A DNA stretch of 64,000 bases from an uncultured Gemmatimonadales bacterium. GTDB lineage: Bacteria; Gemmatimonadota; Gemmatimonadetes; Gemmatimonadales; JACORV01. Positions 47,354 through 64,000 of this stretch are shown here, in pieces. The first letter of the stretch is position 1, and each line of letters begins with the position of its first letter. Both the position numbers and the translations under genes were made by a program. The stretch covers positions 247,249-311,248 of the forward strand of contig CAWDZR010000016.1 of NCBI GenBank assembly GCA_963806755.1, given 5' to 3'. The notes below the pieces were generated by a model. It saw nothing but the letters and a program-made list of their open reading frames with translations, ran no database searches and had not been told where the DNA came from.

Positions 47354-49120
47354 CTACCGCAGCCGCTTGATCTCGACCCTCATGTTCTGGCGCCGGCCCG
47401 CGACCGTCTCGTTGGTGGCGATCGGGTTCGCCGAGCCATAGCCCACGGCCCGCAGGCGGCTCCCCGGCACGCCATGGCGCACCAGGTACAGGCGCACCGC
47501 CAGGGCCCGCAGCCGGGACAGCCGCTGGTTCTTCGCGGCGGCTCCCATGCTGCTCGTGTACCCGCCGATTTCCCACCGCGCGGTCGGCATGCTCTGCATC
47601 GCCGCGGCAATCGTGTCCAGCACGGGCTGCGCCTCGGCGGGCAGCCGGTAGCTGTTGGGGCGGAAGGTGACGTTGTGGAGCACCACGGTGGCGTTGACCG
47701 CCGTGGGCAGCGGTGCCGCCGCCGCTACCGGCGCCGGCGGCGCGCGCCGGGCGGGCAGCGACACCGTCACCGTGGCGGCGCCGGCCTTGCCGCCGGCGGC
47801 CGCGCTGATCTGGGCCGTCCCGCTGGCGAGCGCGGTGACCACGCCGGCCGGACTCACCGTCGCCACCGCCGGCGCACCGCTCGTCCAGGTGAAGACCTGG
47901 CCGGCGACGGGGCGGCCGCCCGCATCCACGGCCTGCGCCTGGAGCTGCACCGTGGCGCCGCTCGAGCTGAGCGTGGCCGTCGCGGGCGTCACCGCCACGG
48001 AGGCGAGCGTCTGGGTCACGGTGATCGACGCGGTGGCCGCGTGCCCGTTCGAGGAGGCGGTGACGGTGGCCGTGCCGCTCTTGAGAGCCGTGACCAGGCC
48101 CGAGGCCGTCACCGACGCCGTCGCGGGATCGCTGGAGCTCCACCGGAGGGAGGGGCTCGCGATCGCGTTGCCGTTGGCGTCCTGCGCGGTCACCGCGAGC
48201 TGCTGCGTCTGCCCGAGGGCGGTGAGGGCCGCGCTGCCCGGAGCCAGCGCCAGGGTCGTCACCGCCTGCGCGACGGTGACGCTCGCGGAGCCCGTCGCCG
48301 CCTCGCTGCTGGCGGTGATCGTCGCCGTGCCCGGCCCCTGCGCGGTCACCAACCCGCCGGCCGATACCGCCGCGACCGACGCATCACTGCTGCTCCACGA
48401 CACGGCCCGGCCCGCGAGCGGACGCCGGCGGTTGTCCAGCGGCGAGGCCGACAGTTGCCGCGTAGCTCCCAGCGCTTCCAGGGTGGCGCTCGCCGGCGTC
48501 ACCGCGACGATCGCGACCGGCGTCCGCCGCCCGCCAACGAACCAGGAGAGGCCGACGCTGGCGATGCCGTTGTTGACGAGCTTCTTCGCCGCGGAGTCCG
48601 AGTACGACTCGACCTGCACCAGCCCCTCGATCCGGAGCGCGAGCCGATCGGTGAGACTGTGCCGCAGACCGATCCCCACGTGCCCGCCGTACTTGGCCGT
48701 CGCCCGATAGCCCTTCCAGCTGACGTTGGTCACGCCCGCACCCAGCGTCACGAAGGGGCTGGTGCGCGCGTCGATGCTGGGCGTCCACGAGACGGCGCCG
48801 AACGGCTCCAGGATCAACGCGGAAGAGCCGTACGCGATGCCGGAACCGAGGCCGACGCTGAACTGCCGGTTGAAGTGGTAGGCCGCCTGCACCACGCCGC
48901 CGGGGAAGATCTTGCCGACGGTCGTATCGCCCCCGGCGATCACCAGCCCCTTCTGGATGAGCAGTCCGAGCTGGTGATCGAGGTACAGGCCCCCCGCGCC
49001 GATGCTGAACTCGAAGCTCCCCTCGCGCTGCGGCGGCGCCGCGGGCGGCCGCTGGGCCAGCGCGAGCGAAGGCAGGCACGTGGCAAGCACCAGCGCACAC
49101 TTGACGATGCGGTCGCGCAT
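47354..49120 (-). CDS. Outer-membrane protein: N-terminal beta-barrel + three Big_2 Ig-like repeats + C-terminal OmpA/MotB peptidoglycan-binding domain
   Basis: In-frame 3' part of ORF 47354..50398 from ATG 49120. The signal is MRDRIVKCALVLATCLPSLALAQ. An alternating beta-strand region ends ..GIASVGLSWFVG. Three repeats follow of the type VTPxxATL..G.t.QL.a...D..g....g..v.W.SS....A.V...G.VTA...GTA.ItA. The C-terminus FRPNSYRL..GGYTSSMG..KNQRLSRLRALAVRLYL..GYGSANP..NMRVEI is OmpA-like. Confidence 0.85.
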   Translation of the reverse strand: MRDRIVKCALVLATCLPSLALAQRPPAAPPQREGSFEFSIGAGGLYLDHQLGLLIQKGLVIAGGDTTVGKIFPGGVVQAAYHFNRQFSVGLGSGIAYGSSALILEPFGAVSWTPSIDARTSPFVTLGAGVTNVSWKGYRATAKYGGHVGIGLRHSLTDRLALRIEGLVQVESYSDSAAKKLVNNGIASVGLSWFVGGRRTPVAIVAVTPASATLEALGATRQLSASPLDNRRRPLAGRAVSWSSSDASVAAVSAGGLVTAQGPGTATITASSEAATGSASVTVAQAVTTLALAPGSAALTALGQTQQLAVTAQDANGNAIASPSLRWSSSDPATASVTASGLVTALKSGTATVTASSNGHAATASITVTQTLASVAVTPATATLSSSGATVQLQAQAVDAGGRPVAGQVFTWTSGAPAVATVSPAGVVTALASGTAQISAAAGGKAGAATVTVSLPARRAPPAPVAAAAPLPTAVNATVVLHNVTFRPNSYRLPAEAQPVLDTIAAAMQSMPTARWEIGGYTSSMGAAAKNQRLSRLRALAVRLYLVRHGVPGSRLRAVGYGSANPIATNETVAGRRQNMRVEIKRLR

Positions 49121-49219
49121 GTGATCTCCCGAACGAGGGCAGGCTCCCCGGATCCAGGCTGCGTGAGAATGCCATAAAGCAATACAGAACCGGGCAGGAA
49201 TCCGCCAGAGACGGCCGCC

Positions 49220-50473
49220 GTGCTCCGACCGACTATCTTGTCCGGACCTGTGGATACCACCGTCCTCGTCGTCTTCGCGGCCGTCTACCTCGGCATGCTG
49301 CTCGGCGAGATCCCGGGCCTGGCCCTCGACCGCGCCGGCGTCGCGCTGCTCGGCGCCATCGCGCTCGTGGCGGCCGGGCGCCTGAGCGTCGGCGGCGCGT
49401 GGAACGCGGTGGACGTTCCGACCCTGGCCCTGCTCCTGGGACTGATGGTGGTCTCGGCGCAGTTCCGTCTCGGCGGCTTCTACGCCCGGGTGAGCGGATG
49501 GCTCGCCGGCCAGGAGGGACGCCCGGAGGCGATCCTGGCGCTGCTGGTGGCGACGGCGGGCCTCCTGTCCGCGCTGCTCGCCAACGACATCGTGTGCCTC
49601 GCCATGGCCCCGATCCTCGCCGCCGGATGCGCGCGGCGCGGCCTCGACCCGGTCCCGTTCCTGCTCGCCCTCGCGGCCGCGGCCAACGTGGGCTCGGCGG
49701 CGACCCTGATCGGCAATCCCCAGAACATGCTGATCGGCCAGACCCTGCATCTCTCCTTCCACGGCTACCTGCTGGACGCGCTCGTGCCGTCGCTGCTCGG
49801 CCTCGGCGTCGTGTGGGCGGTGATCGCGTGGGGATTTCGCGGCCGCTGGCAGCGGGCCGTGACGCTGACCCGCACGGAGCAGCGCGACCTCGCCTTCGAC
49901 CGCTGGCAGACCGCCAAGGGGACCGCCGTGCTGGCGGCGCTGGTCGGCGTCTTCCTCTTCGCCCCCGTGCCGCGCGAGGCCGCCGCGCTCGCCGCGGCCG
50001 GCGTGCTGCTGCTCAGCCGGCGGACCGCGTCGCGGGACATCCTCGGCCTGGTGGACTGGAACCTGCTGGTCCTGTTCGTGGGGCTGTTCGTCGTCAACCA
50101 CGCGTTGCTCGCCTCGGGCATGATGGGCGCCGCGGTCTCCGGCCTGCGCGGGGCCGGGGTGAACCTGGGGCGCGCCCCGTGGCTGTTCGGCGTCACGGCC
50201 GGCCTGTCCAACCTGGTGTCGAACGTGCCCGCGGTGATGCTGCTGCTGCCGGCAGCGCAGGGCCATCCGCAGGCCGGGCCGATCCTCGCCCTGGCCAGCA
50301 CGCTCGCGGGCAACCTGGTGGTCGTGGGGAGCATCGCGAACATCATCGTCATCGAGCAGGCCCGCCGCCTCGGCATCGCGATCGGCTGGCGCGCGCACGC
50401 GCGCATCGGGGTGCCCATCACGCTGCTGACCCTGGCCATCGCCGCGCTCTGGCTCTGGCTGCGAGCGGGATGA
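49220..50473 (+). CDS. ArsB/NhaD-superfamily anion permease (SLC13/citrate-transporter-like)
   Basis: ORF 49220..50473 (GTG). There are about 11-12 hydrophobic segments. ANDIVCLAMAPIL, GSAATLIGNPQNMLI and NLVSNVPAVMLLLP are typical of this superfamily. Confidence 0.8.
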   Translation: MLRPTILSGPVDTTVLVVFAAVYLGMLLGEIPGLALDRAGVALLGAIALVAAGRLSVGGAWNAVDVPTLALLLGLMVVSAQFRLGGFYARVSGWLAGQEGRPEAILALLVATAGLLSALLANDIVCLAMAPILAAGCARRGLDPVPFLLALAAAANVGSAATLIGNPQNMLIGQTLHLSFHGYLLDALVPSLLGLGVVWAVIAWGFRGRWQRAVTLTRTEQRDLAFDRWQTAKGTAVLAALVGVFLFAPVPREAAALAAAGVLLLSRRTASRDILGLVDWNLLVLFVGLFVVNHALLASGMMGAAVSGLRGAGVNLGRAPWLFGVTAGLSNLVSNVPAVMLLLPAAQGHPQAGPILALASTLAGNLVVVGSIANIIVIEQARRLGIAIGWRAHARIGVPITLLTLAIAALWLWLRAG

Positions 50474-50568
50474 CGATCGGAGGATCCGCCGGGGTCCTCT
50501 ACGCCCTGGTGGCCTGCATCTGGCTCGTGCCGGACCGGCGCATCGAACGGGCCCTGGCGCGCCGGTGA
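50470..50568 (+). CDS. Possible 32-aa single-TM micro-protein translationally coupled to the permease
   Basis: ATG 50470 overlaps the permease stop (ATGA). The sequence is MTIGGSAGVLYALVACIWLVPDRRIERALARR. GC3 is high. It is the tail of ORF 49399..50568. I recognise no family. Confidence 0.35.
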   Translation: MTIGGSAGVLYALVACIWLVPDRRIERALARR

Positions 50569-50626
50569 GCGATCCGGCCCTCGGCGCCTACGCCCCGGAG
50601 CGCCGCCTGCGTAGCTTCCCGCTACC

Positions 50627-52084
50627 ATGACGAACTCCACGGCCCCAGCCCCCTTCGACCCGCGACACGACGACATCCAGGCGCTCGGCCGCGCGACCGG
50701 CGACTGGATCGCGCGGCACTTCGACGCGCTGCGAGACCTGCCCGTCGTGCCCGACACCACGCCTGCCGCGGTGTTCGCGCACTTCGCCCAGCCGCTGCCC
50801 GACGAGCCGACGCCGTGGCCCGCGCTGCTCCAGCGGTTCGAGCGCGAGATCGTGCCCAACAGCTTTCACCTGCCCAGCCCCCGCTATTTCGGGCTGATGA
50901 ACCCGACGCCGCTGCCGATCGCGGTGTTCGCGGAGGCCCTGGCGGCGGCGCTCAACCAGAACGTCGGCGCGTGGCACCACAGCCCGGCGGCCACGGCCGT
51001 CGAGCAGGTGGTGATCCGGTGGCTGTGCGACCTGGCCGGCTACCCGGCGGGCGCGTTCGGCAGCCTGACGCCCGGCGGGTCGCTGGCGAACACCACGGGC
51101 CTCAAGATCGCGCTCGCCGCGCGGGTGCCGCGCAGCACCGCGCACGGTGTGTGGGGCCTCGAGCGGCGGCCCGTGCTGTACGCCTCCGCCGAGGCGCACT
51201 TCTCGATCCGGAAGAGCGCCAACATCCTCGGCCTCGGCGGCACGGACGGCCTGCGGACGGTGCCGGTGGACGCGCACTCCCGCCTCGACGTCGCGGCGTT
51301 GCGCCGCATGGTCGCGCAGGACCGCGCCGCGGGCCTGGACCCGTTCTGCGTCGTGGGCATCGCCGGAGTCACGAGCAACGGCGTGATCGATCCGCTCGAC
51401 GCGATCGCCGACGCCGCCCGCGACCTCGGCCTGTGGTTCCACGTGGACGCCGCGTACGCCGCCGGCGGCCTGATGAGCGACGCGCTGCGGCCGCGGTTCC
51501 GCGGCATCGAGCGCGCCGACTCCATCACGATGGACCCGCACAAGTGGTGGTTCATGCCGTATCCGTGCGGGGCCACCCTGACGCGCGACGGCGACGCCGG
51601 CCGCCGGGCGTTCTGGTCGGACGCGGTCTACATCCCGCAGACCGACGACGCGATCGAGTACCGGGACCACGGCCTGGCGGGCTCGCGCCCCTTCAGCGCG
51701 CTCAAGCTGTGGATGGCGATGCAGATGGTGGGGCGCCGCGCCTACGGCCGCATGGCCGAGGCGCAGGTCGCGCTGACCGAGCGGTTCGTCGCGGAGCTGA
51801 CCTCCGACGGCACGTGGGAGTCGGTGACGCCGGTGGACACGGCGATCGCGGCGGTCCGGTTCACGGGGGCGTCGGCGGGCGGCGAGGGGCGCGGCGATGC
51901 CCGGACCGACGGACGGCAGGACGAGATCGTCCGTCGCGTGCTCGCGTCACGTCGCCACTGGATATCGCCCACCACGACCGTGGGGAAGCGGGCGATCCGG
52001 GTGATGGTGATCAGCTACCTGACCCGCTGGGAGCACCTCGAGGAGCTGATCGCGGAGCTCAGAAAGGCGGCGAAGGACCTATGA
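50627..52084 (+). CDS. Group II pyridoxal-phosphate-dependent amino-acid decarboxylase
   Basis: ORF 50627..52084. HLPSPRYFGLMNPTP, GGSLAN, HVDAAYAGG and DPHKWWFMPYPCG (PLP lysine) are present. Confidence 0.88.
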   Translation: MTNSTAPAPFDPRHDDIQALGRATGDWIARHFDALRDLPVVPDTTPAAVFAHFAQPLPDEPTPWPALLQRFEREIVPNSFHLPSPRYFGLMNPTPLPIAVFAEALAAALNQNVGAWHHSPAATAVEQVVIRWLCDLAGYPAGAFGSLTPGGSLANTTGLKIALAARVPRSTAHGVWGLERRPVLYASAEAHFSIRKSANILGLGGTDGLRTVPVDAHSRLDVAALRRMVAQDRAAGLDPFCVVGIAGVTSNGVIDPLDAIADAARDLGLWFHVDAAYAAGGLMSDALRPRFRGIERADSITMDPHKWWFMPYPCGATLTRDGDAGRRAFWSDAVYIPQTDDAIEYRDHGLAGSRPFSALKLWMAMQMVGRRAYGRMAEAQVALTERFVAELTSDGTWESVTPVDTAIAAVRFTGASAGGEGRGDARTDGRQDEIVRRVLASRRHWISPTTTVGKRAIRVMVISYLTRWEHLEELIAELRKAAKDL

Positions 52085-53439
52085 AGAAGGTGATCGGCAC
52101 CGGGCTCGCGCTCCTGCTGGGCGCGGGGTCGGCCGCGCGGGCCCAGGGCCCCCGGATCCCCGACGACGTGACGGCGAACGTCCGCGCCCGGGTGGACGAC
52201 GGGTGGAGCGTCGGGATCGTAGTGGGCGTCGTGGACGGCACGGGCGCGCGCTTCTTCAGCTACGGCCGGACCGCCAGGACCGGCGGTCAGCCCGTGAACG
52301 AGCGCACCGTCTACGAGATCGGCTCGATCACGAAGGTCTTCACGGCGGTCACCCTCGCGGACATGGCCATCCGGCGCGAGGTCGGCCTGGACGACCCGGT
52401 GCAGCGCTACCTGCCCGACTCGGTCCGCGTGCCGAGCCGGAACGGGAAGGCGATCACGCTCCGCCTCCTCTCGGCGCAGCGCTCGGGCCTGCCCCGCATG
52501 CCGACCAATTTCGCGCCCGCCGACCCCGCCAACCCCTTCGCAGACTACGGCGCCGCGAAGCTGTACGCCTTCCTCGACGGCTACGCGCTCCCCCGGGACC
52601 CGGGCGCGAGCTACGAGTACTCGAACCTGGGCGTGGGGCTGCTGGGCTTTGCCCTGGCACGCGGCGCCGGCACGAGCTACGAAGGCATGATCCTCCGGCA
52701 CGTCATCGATCCGCTCCATCTGGCGGACACCCGCGTCACGTTGACCCCCGATCTCCGCGCCCGGCTCGCCCACGGCTACGCCGGGGGGCAGGAAGTGGGC
52801 AATTGGGACCTCGACGCCCTCGCCGCGGCCGGCGCCATCCGCTCGACCGCCGCGGACATGGCGACGTTCCTCTCCGCGGCCATGGGCCTCGTGCACACGC
52901 CGCTCGACTCGGCGTTCCGACTGACCGAGGCGATCGAGTTCGACGCAGGGCCCGGGATGCGGATCGGGCTGGGGTGGCACGTCATCGGGCCCGACAGCTC
53001 CGCGGTGATCTGGCACAACGGCGGCACCGGCGGCTACCACGCGTTCATCGGCTTCGACCCGCGGCGGAGGGTCGGCGTCGTGGTGCTCTCGAACTCGACG
53101 CTGAGCATCGACGACATCGGCTTCCACATCCTGAATCCGGCGTTGCCGCTGCAAACCGTGCGCGCCGCCATCGCCATGCCGGCGGAGTCGCTCGACGCAT
53201 ACGTGGGCACGTACCAGCTCGCGCCGACATTCGCGATCGCCGTCCGCAGGGAGGGCGCCAGCCTCGTGGCGCAGGCCACCGGCCAGGGCGCGAACCCGAT
53301 CTTCCCGTCCGCCAGGGACGAGTTCTTCTTCAAGGTGGTGGACGCGCAGATCAGCTTCGTGCGGGATTCCACCGGGAAGGTGACGTCGTTGATCCTGCAC
53401 CAGGCCGGGCGCGACCTGCCCGCCCCCCGCTCCCCGTGA
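52081..53439 (+). CDS. Secreted serine hydrolase of the beta-lactamase/PBP4-like (class C fold) family
   Basis: In-frame 3' part of ORF 50815..53439. ATG 52081 overlaps the decarboxylase stop (ATGA). The signal is MKKVIGTGLALLLGAGSAARAQ. The S-x-x-K motif is in YEIGSITKVFT, the Y-x-N motif in YEYSNLG, and HNGGTGGY is present. Confidence 0.88.
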   Translation: MKKVIGTGLALLLGAGSAARAQGPRIPDDVTANVRARVDDGWSVGIVVGVVDGTGARFFSYGRTARTGGQPVNERTVYEIGSITKVFTAVTLADMAIRREVGLDDPVQRYLPDSVRVPSRNGKAITLRLLSAQRSGLPRMPTNFAPADPANPFADYGAAKLYAFLDGYALPRDPGASYEYSNLGVGLLGFALARGAGTSYEGMILRHVIDPLHLADTRVTLTPDLRARLAHGYAGGQEVGNWDLDALAAAGAIRSTAADMATFLSAAMGLVHTPLDSAFRLTEAIEFDAGPGMRIGLGWHVIGPDSSAVIWHNGGTGGYHAFIGFDPRRRVGVVVLSNSTLSIDDIGFHILNPALPLQTVRAAIAMPAESLDAYVGTYQLAPTFAIAVRREGASLVAQATGQGANPIFPSARDEFFFKVVDAQISFVRDSTGKVTSLILHQAGRDLPAPRSP

Positions 53440-53446
53440 GCCAAGG

Positions 53447-54940
53447 CTAGACCAGGCCCCTCAGGCGCTCCAGCAGCTTCACCATCGCCCACGTGTCGAG
53501 CTTGCAGTACGCCAGCAGGTCGGCACGCAGCGGCGACGGCGCGCGCTCGAACAGGTCCAGCTGGCCCGGCCCCGCGGCCTCGCCTTCTCCCAGCAGCAGG
53601 CGCTCCAGATGGATGCTCGCCGTGTCCCCGTCCGCGATCGCGAGGCCCGCGTAGGTCAGCCCGGGCACCAGCGCCGGCAGCACCGACTTCAGGCTGAACG
53701 AGCCGTGGAACGCCGGGTGGTACACGTGGTTCCGCACCACGGGCAGCAGGTCCACCAGCTTCGCTTCCAGCTCGAGCAACGGCTCGGCCAGCCCCGGGAC
53801 CGCCTGGGCGAGGCCGCGGATGCAGTGCCGCTCGAACGACGCGTTGTACGCGACCACCGCGGTCGCGCCGGACGTCGCCGCGACGAGGCGCCCGGCCAGG
53901 GCCGGCCGCGGGTCGCCGGGGCCGTCGGCCAGCCACTCGTCGTGCGACGGCGCGCCGTCGCCGCGATCCAGGAAGAAGCTGAACTGCACCGGCACCGCGT
54001 CGAACGGCCGGCAGCCGGTCCAGACGGGGATCGCGGGCCCCACGCTCTCGAAGTCCAGGAAGCCGAGCGGACTCCGCGCGAACGGCGCCAGCGCGTCGGC
54101 CAACCCCGGCGCCACGATCAGGCGGCCCGACTGCACGGCGCGCCGCTGCCGCTCGGCGATCTCGCCGAGGTCGAGGTCGCCGGGCAGGTCCGCGATCGTC
54201 GCGTAGCCCTGCGCCTCCAGCGCCGCCGCCCGCTTGCCCCAGCGATACAGCGTGCCCACGTGGTGCTCGGGAAGCGCGGGCCAGCAACGCTCGAGGAACG
54301 GGCACTCGTGGGGTGTCGTGCAGTGATCGCCGACCGGTACCTCGGGCCGCGGCCCGTCCAGCACCGCGACCTGCTCCGCGATCCGGTCCGGGACCTCCGG
54401 CAGCAGCCGCTCCACCCGCTCGGTCACGTCGTCCCGGGCGAACAGGTTGGAGAGGTCCGGATAGCGGCACTCCCGGCTGAGGTGCATCAGCTCGACCCGC
54501 GGCACGTCCACTCCGGCGTGGCGGAGCACGTAGGCCTGGATCGCCGCGTCGGGGATGTGCTCTTCCTTGACCGAGGTCGTGGACTTGACCTCGACCAGGG
54601 TGAAGCCGCGACCTCCCGCCTGCCGCTCCAGGATGTCCACCGCGACGAAGACGTCGTCGGCCACGAACGAGGCCTCGTAGACGGCGGCAGCACCCTTCGC
54701 CAGGAGGTCCGCCGTGCGCGACACGCGCTCGTCGGCGGCGCCGTGCGGCAGGCTCACCAGGACGCCGCCGGGCACGTAGCCGCGCGCCGCGGCGCCGACG
54801 CGATGGCCGCGGTCGAAGGTGGCCCGCAGCAGGAAGCCGGGCACCAGCTCGGGCGCTCCCGGCTCGTGCACGCGCCACCACAGCTGCTTCAGGCACTGCA
54901 GGCCGGCGGTGAAGCGGGACTTGGAGAGGCGGTGCGGCAC
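53447..54940 (-). CDS. DUF2779-like protein: N-terminal PD-(D/E)xK (Cas4/RecB-like) module + C-terminal DnaQ-like exonuclease-looking module
   Basis: ORF 53447..54940 (GTG). The N-terminus LSKSRFTAGLQCLKQLWW is the type I associate with DUF2779. D..LVEVKSTTSVKEEH is a D-EVK nuclease-type motif. Further motifs are LDFESV..IP and AYNASFERHCI (ExoI/ExoII-like). Confidence 0.65.
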   Translation of the reverse strand: MPHRLSKSRFTAGLQCLKQLWWRVHEPGAPELVPGFLLRATFDRGHRVGAAARGYVPGGVLVSLPHGAADERVSRTADLLAKGAAAVYEASFVADDVFVAVDILERQAGGRGFTLVEVKSTTSVKEEHIPDAAIQAYVLRHAGVDVPRVELMHLSRECRYPDLSNLFARDDVTERVERLLPEVPDRIAEQVAVLDGPRPEVPVGDHCTTPHECPFLERCWPALPEHHVGTLYRWGKRAAALEAQGYATIADLPGDLDLGEIAERQRRAVQSGRLIVAPGLADALAPFARSPLGFLDFESVGPAIPVWTGCRPFDAVPVQFSFFLDRGDGAPSHDEWLADGPGDPRPALAGRLVAATSGATAVVAYNASFERHCIRGLAQAVPGLAEPLLELEAKLVDLLPVVRNHVYHPAFHGSFSLKSVLPALVPGLTYAGLAIADGDTASIHLERLLLGEGEAAGPGQLDLFERAPSPLRADLLAYCKLDTWAMVKLLERLRGLV

Positions 54941-54961
54941 GGTGGAAAACTCTAAGGGCCC

Positions 54962-55074
54962 GGGGTTAGGGGCTAGGGGCTAGGGGTTAGGGGCTAGGGA
55001 AGGACAAAGGCGCCACGAGGCTCGCGGCGCCCTTGTTCGTCTGACCCCTGATCCCTCTAGACCCTGACCCCTTG
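54962..55074. repeat. GGGG(T/C)TA x5 heptamer array, central hairpin, then C-rich TGACCCC/TGATCCC units
   Basis: GGGGTTA GGGGCTA GGGGCTA GGGGTTA GGGGCTA GGGA occupies 54962-55000. A hairpin lies at 55005-55035. TGACCCC TGATCCC TCTAGACCC TGACCCC occupies 55042-55071. It sits between the DUF2779-gene start (54940) and the rpoC stop (55077). Confidence 0.9.
55005..55035 (-). terminator. Hairpin downstream of rpoC (probable terminator)
   Basis: 55005-55018 (CAAAGGCGCCACGA) pairs with 55022-55035 (TCGCGGCGCCCTTG). That is 12 of 14 positions with a 3-nt loop. There is only a weak T-tract on either strand. Confidence 0.5.
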
Positions 55075-55076
55075 CG

Positions 55077-63871
<8,795 letters not shown>

Positions 63872-63952
63872 GATCCGTCCTTCGGGCAGCGCAAAAGGCC
63901 CCGGTGCGGTGGGGCATCAACCTGCGATAGCGAACGTCGTGCGTAGCCAGAC

Positions 63953-64000
63953 CTACTTCAACTCGACCGTGGCGCCTTGCTCTTCCAGCTTCGCCTTCAT
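63953..64000 (-). CDS. rplL: 50S ribosomal protein L7/L12, last 15 codons (5' part off the right edge)
   Basis: Reverse translation gives ..MKAKLEEQGATVELK*, the typical L7/L12 C-terminus. The stop TAG is at 63955..63953. Its position upstream of rpoB fits. Confidence 0.8.
   Translation of the reverse strand: MKAKLEEQGATVELK

Noticed and set aside
54962-55000. The GGGGTTA/GGGGCTA array as a telomere or replicon end
   Set aside because: It is only about 5.5 units long and is internal to the window. Ordinary genes abut it on both sides (a start at 54940 and the rpoC stop at 55077).
63872-63952. The rplL-rpoB attenuator hairpin (GCCCC..GGGGC followed by TTTTGCG on the minus strand, about 63889-63915)
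   Set aside because: The stem is only 5 bp with an 8-nt loop. It is plausible by analogy with the E. coli rplL-rpoB attenuator but too weak to report as a feature.

Overview
This is a very GC-rich bacterial chromosomal window (roughly 70% G+C by eye, with strong G/C third-position bias). It is about 90% coding. I found no rRNA, tRNA, CRISPR array, transposase or integrase. Many long R/A/G/P-rich ORFs in the track are antisense shadows of real genes.

Backbone, minus strand: rplL (3' end), rpoB and rpoC lie at 55.1-64.0 kb. A complete str/S10/spc block (rpsL-rpsG-fusA-tuf-rpsJ...secY-adk-map) lies at 30.2-47.1 kb. A 7.6-kb non-ribosomal insert separates them, encoding an OmpA/Big_2 protein, an ArsB/NhaD-type permease, a PLP decarboxylase, a serine hydrolase and a DUF2779-like nuclease.

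Left part: ggt, an S9 peptidase, an ABC exporter, ccdA, pdaD, a Fur-family regulator, priA, a dipeptide epimerase, an HDAC-family hydrolase, hsp20, two metallopeptidases and glyQS. Middle part: purA, dapA, pilT, trpS and ftcD. Operons are tightly packed, with many ATGA/GTGA start-stop overlaps.

Most interesting:
1. An overlap-coupled three-gene cassette at 18.2-19.9 kb: a PqqD-like peptide chaperone, an HprK-like P-loop kinase and an orphan cysteine-rich protein with a twin-arginine-type leader. It sits directly upstream of a Wzc/GumC tyrosine autokinase. I read it as a candidate uncharacterised peptide-modification system whose substrate may be encoded in cis.
2. Intergenic spacers built from tandem heptanucleotide repeats and long nested hairpins, including GGGGYTA x5. 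The C-rich strand lies in the 5' leaders of four genes.
3. A roughly 182-nt near-perfect hairpin that fills the spacer at 6187-6368.
4. Two patches of single-base indels that break glyQS, a peptidase, rpoC and rpoB. These are probably sequence errors and need read-level checking.

Everything here is inferred by eye from the sequence and the ORF track. No searches were run.
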